From positions 4,953-68,952 of the forward strand of contig CACIHQ010000005.1 in the NCBI GenBank assembly GCA_902586495.1: a DNA stretch of 64,000 nucleotides, written 5' to 3'. Positions within the stretch are counted from its first letter, which is position 1; every line of letters begins with the position of its first letter. This document shows, one piece after another, positions 59,430 through 64,000 of this stretch. The stretch is from an uncultured Pelagibacteraceae bacterium (GTDB lineage Bacteria > Pseudomonadota > Alphaproteobacteria > Pelagibacterales > Pelagibacteraceae). Under the pieces are notes generated by a model. The model ran no database searches and had not been told where the DNA came from. It was given only the letters and a program-made list of their open reading frames with translations. The position numbers and the translations under genes are program-made.

Positions 59430-61712
59430 ATGAAAAAAACAAAAATTGATCATTACACTGATAAAGAAGCTTTAGATTTTCATAAAGAAAAAAAGCCAGG
59501 TAAGATTGAGATATCTTCCTCAAAAAATATGACCACAAAAAGAGATTTGGCTTTAGCATATTCTCCTGGGGTAGCAGCTCCGGTAAGAGCGATAAGTGAA
59601 AATCCAGAAGCAGCATTTGATTATACTAGTAAAGGAAACCTCGTTGCAGTCATTAGTAACGGCTCTGCAATTTTAGGCATGGGAAATTTAGGTGCATTAG
59701 CATCGAAACCAGTTATGGAAGGAAAGGCTGTTTTATTTAAAAGGTTTGCCGATATAGACTCCATTGATTTAGAGATAGATTCAGATGACACAGAAGAGAT
59801 CATAAATAGCATAAAAAATTTTGCTCCTAGCTTTGGTGGTATCAATCTTGAAGATATTGCAGCACCTGATTGTTTTATTATAGAGGATAAGCTAAAAGAA
59901 ATTCTTGATATACCTGTATTTCACGACGATCAACACGGTACAGCAATTATCACAACCGCAGCATTAATTAATGCGTTAGATATTAGTAAAAAAAAAATTG
60001 ATAAAGTAAAAATAGTTGTAAATGGTGCCGGAGCGTCAGCAATGGCTTGTGCAAATTTATTTAAAAAATCTGGTGTGCCAAATGGAAATATCACGATGGT
60101 AGATAGAAAAGGGGTTATTTATAAAGGTAGAGAAAATTTGAACCAATGGAAGTCAAATCATTCAATTGAGACAAAAGACAGAACTTTAAGCGACGCAATT
60201 AATAATGCTGATGTTTTTTTAGGATTATCTGCAAAAGGAACGTTAACTAAAGCGATGGTAAAAAAGATGGCAAAAAATCCAATAATATTTGCCTGTGCAA
60301 ATCCTGACCCTGAAATTACACCTGAGGAAGTTGAGGAGGTTAGAAATGATGCGATTATAGCTACGGGAAGATCGGATTATGCTAACCAGGTAAATAATCT
60401 GATAGGTTTTCCCTATATATTTAGAGGAGCATTAGATGTAAGAGCAAAAACAATAAATGAGGAAATGAAAGTTGCCGCTGCACATGCAATCGCTAATTTA
60501 GCAAAGGAGGATGTGCCAGATGAAGTTGTTGCAGCAATGGGAGGTGAAAGACCTCATTATGGAAAAGATTATATAATACCATCAACATTTGATCCAAGAT
60601 TAATTAGTGTTATTCCAGCAGCTGTAGCTAAAGCTGCAATGGCAACCGGAGTTGCTAGAATTGATATTAAAGATTTTGATATCTACAAAGATCAACTTAA
60701 GCAAAGGCTAGATCCAACTGTTACAATTCTTCAAGGTGTTAATAACTATATTAAGAAAAAACAAAAAAAAGTTGTATTTGCTGACGGTGAAGATGAAAAT
60801 ATGTTAAAAGCTGCAATCGCGTTTAAAAATTCAAAATTAGGAATTCCAATTTTAGTGGGAAAAGAGGAATTAATTAAGAATCAAATAAAAAAAATTGGTT
60901 ATAATGAAGATTTTGATATTGAAATCGTAAATTCGAAAGATAAGGAGAAAAGGGAGAGATATGTTAATTATCTTTTTAAAAAACTTCAAAGACAAAAAGG
61001 AATGTTAGAAAGAGACTGCGATAGACTCATCAGAAATGACAGGGTAATTTGGGCTTCGTGTATGGTTGCTAGCAATGATGCAGATGCCATGGTCACTGGT
61101 AATACTAGGAGATATTCATCATCACTCGAAAAGGTGATCAAAGTTGTAGATCCAAGACCTGGGGAAATCATGTTTGGTTTAAATTTAGTTGTTAATAGAG
61201 GTAAAACAATTTTTATTTGTGATACATCAGTTATTGAATATCCCGATGCAAAACAATTAGCTGAAATGGCAAAATCTGCAGCAAGAGTTGTGAGACTTTT
61301 CGGATTTGACCCTAAAGTTGCTTTTTTATCACACTCTACTTTTGGTGAACCAGCTACAGATAGAACAAAGAGATTAAGTGATGCAGTTGAAATTCTTAAA
61401 AAAGATAAAGTCGATTTTAAATTTGATGGTGAGATGCAACCAGATGTGGCCCTAGAAGAGATTTATAAAGAATTATATCCATTCTCTGAAATTGTTGGAA
61501 AATCAAATGTCTTGATAATGCCTAGTCAACACAGTGCAGCTATTTCATATAAAATGATTAAATCTATGAGCAGAGCAAAAGTAATTGGACCGCTACTGAT
61601 TGGTTTAGGTTTACCAATTGAGATAGCACCATTGAGATCATCTACCTCTGAAATTTTAAATTTAGCGTCTATAGCTGCATATTCTGCAGATGTAATTAAA
61701 TACGGTAAATAA
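59430..61712 (+). CDS. maeB: NADP-dependent malic enzyme with phosphate acetyltransferase-like C-terminal domain
   Basis: LAYSPGVA, NLEDI, FHDDQHGTA and GAGASA; C-terminal PTA-like domain (DGEMQPD). Confidence 0.94.
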   Translation: MKKTKIDHYTDKEALDFHKEKKPGKIEISSSKNMTTKRDLALAYSPGVAAPVRAISENPEAAFDYTSKGNLVAVISNGSAILGMGNLGALASKPVMEGKAVLFKRFADIDSIDLEIDSDDTEEIINSIKNFAPSFGGINLEDIAAPDCFIIEDKLKEILDIPVFHDDQHGTAIITTAALINALDISKKKIDKVKIVVNGAGASAMACANLFKKSGVPNGNITMVDRKGVIYKGRENLNQWKSNHSIETKDRTLSDAINNADVFLGLSAKGTLTKAMVKKMAKNPIIFACANPDPEITPEEVEEVRNDAIIATGRSDYANQVNNLIGFPYIFRGALDVRAKTINEEMKVAAAHAIANLAKEDVPDEVVAAMGGERPHYGKDYIIPSTFDPRLISVIPAAVAKAAMATGVARIDIKDFDIYKDQLKQRLDPTVTILQGVNNYIKKKQKKVVFADGEDENMLKAAIAFKNSKLGIPILVGKEELIKNQIKKIGYNEDFDIEIVNSKDKEKRERYVNYLFKKLQRQKGMLERDCDRLIRNDRVIWASCMVASNDADAMVTGNTRRYSSSLEKVIKVVDPRPGEIMFGLNLVVNRGKTIFICDTSVIEYPDAKQLAEMAKSAARVVRLFGFDPKVAFLSHSTFGEPATDRTKRLSDAVEILKKDKVDFKFDGEMQPDVALEEIYKELYPFSEIVGKSNVLIMPSQHSAAISYKMIKSMSRAKVIGPLLIGLGLPIEIAPLRSSTSEILNLASIAAYSADVIKYGK

Positions 61713-61713
61713 T

Positions 61714-62307
61714 CTAATTTTTTTGAATTCTTAAATTATCGACTAATAATATACTTGCAATCACATTTTCTACATCTAAAATTTCATTTGCTTCTTCGAT
61801 AACTGCATCTTTTTCATCAGGTGTTGTTGCTATACCATAAATATAAATTTTTTTCTTATATGTATCTATTTGATAATTGGTTGCTTTTATTGTGTCGTTA
61901 AAAATTAATGCTGTTCTTAATTGCGAGGTAATAAGTAAATCTTTTGCAGATTGCTTAAAATTAAAATCTTCTTTGATTTTTAAATCATTTTTTACAGACC
62001 TTACCCCTTGAGTTTCCCATGCAAGCTTTGTTAATTTAAGCTTTTCCTCCGGATCTTCAACTTTACCCGTTATAAATATTCTACCATCAATAACTTTTGT
62101 TTTTACAGATAAAAAATAATTTTTGTCCAACAATAAAATTCTTGCACTTAAATTTTTTTGCATTATCGAATCATCTATTTGTGTTCCGAGAGATCTCGGA
62201 TCTATTGCTACGCTAACCCCAGTTCCAAATATACCTGTTGAGGATACCCCAACACATCCACCAAGAACTAATCCAATCAAAAAAATCAGTATAATTTTAA
62301 TTTTCAT
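61714..62307 (-). CDS. BON-domain lipoprotein (YraP/DolP-like)
   Basis: Lipobox LGG-C, DPRSLGTQIDD and two BON repeats; start reassigned to ATG at 62307. Confidence 0.85.
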   Translation of the reverse strand: MKIKIILIFLIGLVLGGCVGVSSTGIFGTGVSVAIDPRSLGTQIDDSIMQKNLSARILLLDKNYFLSVKTKVIDGRIFITGKVEDPEEKLKLTKLAWETQGVRSVKNDLKIKEDFNFKQSAKDLLITSQLRTALIFNDTIKATNYQIDTYKKKIYIYGIATTPDEKDAVIEEANEILDVENVIASILLVDNLRIQKN

Positions 62308-63157
62308 TCTTAATACCAACACAATATTTATAAATTTTTTTTTTTGAAACTGAATTCTTTTGATGAACAATTTTTGTAATTTCTTTTATACTTAATTTGT
62401 TTATCATCTCTTTAATGATCTTTTTATCTGATTCACTTAATTCTAGCGATTTTTTTTTATTTAATCTCTCTGAAATTACGATTGTTAATTCGCCCTTTAA
62501 GTTTTTTTCAAAGGGTTTTAATTCATCAATATCTAATCTAATGAATTCTTCATATAATTTTGACATTTCTCTACAAATTAAAATTTTCCTACCTGAAAAT
62601 TCCTTTTTTATATAAGGTATTATCTTGTTGATTTTTTTAGCTGAAATAAAAAAAATTATGGAACAATCTAATTTCTTAGTATTTTCTAAGATTTTCAATA
62701 TTTCGTTATTTTTTTCAGGGAAAAAACCGTAGAAAAAAAATTTGTCTGAAAACCCACTTGCCGACAATGCTGTAGTAACTGCTGATGGACCCGGTAATGG
62801 AATAATTTCGATTTCATTTTTTACGCATTCTTTTATTAACAAGCCTCCTGGGTCAGAAATGTTTGGTGTTCCAGCATCTGAGATCATCGAAACTATTGAA
62901 CCTTTTTTCAATATATCGACAATTTTTGGTAAATTTTTTTTTTCATTAAATTTATGATTTGAAATTAATTCCGCATCAATCTCATATTTATTTAATAAAT
63001 TTTTTGAAACTCTAGTATCCTCACATAATATAAAATCAGATTTTTTTAAGGTTTCTAAGGCCCTAAAAGTTATATCGTTTAAATTGCCTATTGGAGTTGG
63101 TACTAGATATAAGCCTTTTTTTAGTTCTTTATTTGTTGTTTTAGAATTTACGATCAT
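62297..63157 (-). CDS. rsmI: 16S rRNA (cytidine1402-2'-O)-methyltransferase
   Basis: LYLVPTPIGNLNDITFRA, CEDTR and SDAGTPNISDPG. Confidence 0.95.
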   Translation of the reverse strand: MIVNSKTTNKELKKGLYLVPTPIGNLNDITFRALETLKKSDFILCEDTRVSKNLLNKYEIDAELISNHKFNEKKNLPKIVDILKKGSIVSMISDAGTPNISDPGGLLIKECVKNEIEIIPLPGPSAVTTALSASGFSDKFFFYGFFPEKNNEILKILENTKKLDCSIIFFISAKKINKIIPYIKKEFSGRKILICREMSKLYEEFIRLDIDELKPFEKNLKGELTIVISERLNKKKSLELSESDKKIIKEMINKLSIKEITKIVHQKNSVSKKKIYKYCVGIKNEN

Positions 63158-63187
63158 ATTTATGTATAATTAATATAATATCATTAA

Positions 63188-64000
63188 ATGTTTAAAATTT
63201 TTAAAATAATTTTTGTTAATGTAATAATCATTTTATTTATTTCAAAATTCGGTCACACCAACGAAGAAAAGATCAAGATAGGTTTATTGGTCCCAATGTC
63301 TGGTGAAAAAAATAAACTTGGGCAATCAATTATTAAATCTACCAGACTGGCTCTAAAAGATATTGGTACAGATAAAATAGAAATATATCCGAAAGATACA
63401 GAGTTAGACCCCAATAAAACACTTCGGTCAGCTATTGAGTTAAAAAAATTAGGCGTAAAAATTATAATAGGTCCAGTTTTTTTTGAAAATATTAAGTATT
63501 TAAATGAAGTAGATGATATTATATTTTTATCTCTTACGAATAAAACAGAGAATCTACCAAGCAATGTTATTAGTAGCGGCGTAAACTCTGTCTCACAGCT
63601 TAATGCAATAAAAAAATTTGCAGAAGTTAACAAATTAGAGAAAACAATCTTACTAACTCCAGATCTTAACTACAAAACCGAAATTAAGAGAGCAATTAAA
63701 AAATCTAAATTGAAAATTTCAAAACATTATATTTATAATATTGAGCCTACAAAGTTAACACAACAAATTGAGGAAATTACAAATTATAAAATCAGAAAAC
63801 AAAATTTAGCTGATGAAATTAGAAGAGTTGAATTATCGGATTTAGAGGAGGAGATGAAAAAAAGAAGAATAGATAAATTAAACAAAAAATACACAATTGG
63901 AAATGTTGATTTTGACTCTCTTATCATTTCTGATTTTGATGAAAGTTTAAAAAGTGTCATCACATCATTTTTGTATAGTGACGTATCTCCGAAAGAAAAA
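63188..64000 (+). CDS. Periplasmic binding-fold protein, LpoA/YraM (penicillin-binding protein activator)-like, 5' part
   Basis: Manual translation MFKIFKIIFVNVIIILFISKFGHTNEEKIKIGLLVPMSGEKNKLGQSI...IIIGPVF; divergent from rsmI, the usual position of this gene; reads open to the window end. Confidence 0.78.
   Translation, partial: MFKIFKIIFVNVIIILFISKFGHTNEEKIKIGLLVPMSGEKNKLGQSIIKSTRLALKDIGTDKIEIYPKDTELDPNKTLRSAIELKKLGVKIIIGPVFFENIKYLNEVDDIIFLSLTNKTENLPSNVISSGVNSVSQLNAIKKFAEVNKLEKTILLTPDLNYKTEIKRAIKKSKLKISKHYIYNIEPTKLTQQIEEITNYKIRKQNLADEIRRVELSDLEEEMKKRRIDKLNKKYTIGNVDFDSLIISDFDESLKSVITSFLYSDVSPKEK

Noticed and set aside
63253-63633. 126-aa minus-strand ORF at the window end
   Set aside because: Antisense to the LpoA-like gene that starts at 63188 and runs off the window.

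Overview
Very AT-rich, gene-dense chromosomal segment with tiny intergenic spaces and many ATGA/TAATG overlaps. Gene content and order point to a streamlined marine alphaproteobacterium, almost certainly Pelagibacterales/SAR11 (inference). Most of the window is core genome: gltDB, uppP, aceEF, thiolase, tRNA-Arg(ACG), Suv3-like helicase-TerB-fdxA-carD, tRNA-Leu(CAA), argH-lptM-lysA, dnaA-dnaN, rpsT, mutM, ubiE-ubiB-coaBC-dut-moeB, irr/fabA-fabB-fabI, nusA-infB-rbfA-rpsO-pnp, tsaB-fur-miaB-phoH-ybeY-lnt-metK, murJ-trpS-nfuA, maeB and rsmI. I saw no mobile elements, prophage genes or CRISPR arrays. The most interesting signals fall below the ORF-track size cutoff. (1) A self-contained transcription unit (promoter, 5' hairpin, strong SD, double stop, terminator) encodes a 25-aa protamine/histone-H1-like peptide, MAKRRKKAKKAKKKAKKKAKKRRRR, convergent with a carD that carries its own basic and acidic tails. 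(2) A roughly 3.5 kb iron/peroxide cassette beside irr holds katG, an Fe(II)/2OG-type oxygenase, a DUF2061-like protein and a 59-aa 8-Cys peptide, with an Irr (ICE) box inside the katG promoter and two near-consensus Fur boxes forming a perfect 18-bp inverted repeat in front of the Cys-rich peptide. Smaller oddities include a lipoyl domain fused to AceE, a terminator directly abutting the nusA ribosome-binding site, a half-length TsaB overlapping head-to-head with a deacetylase gene, a MoeB lacking its zinc ligands, and several unannotated small ORFs.
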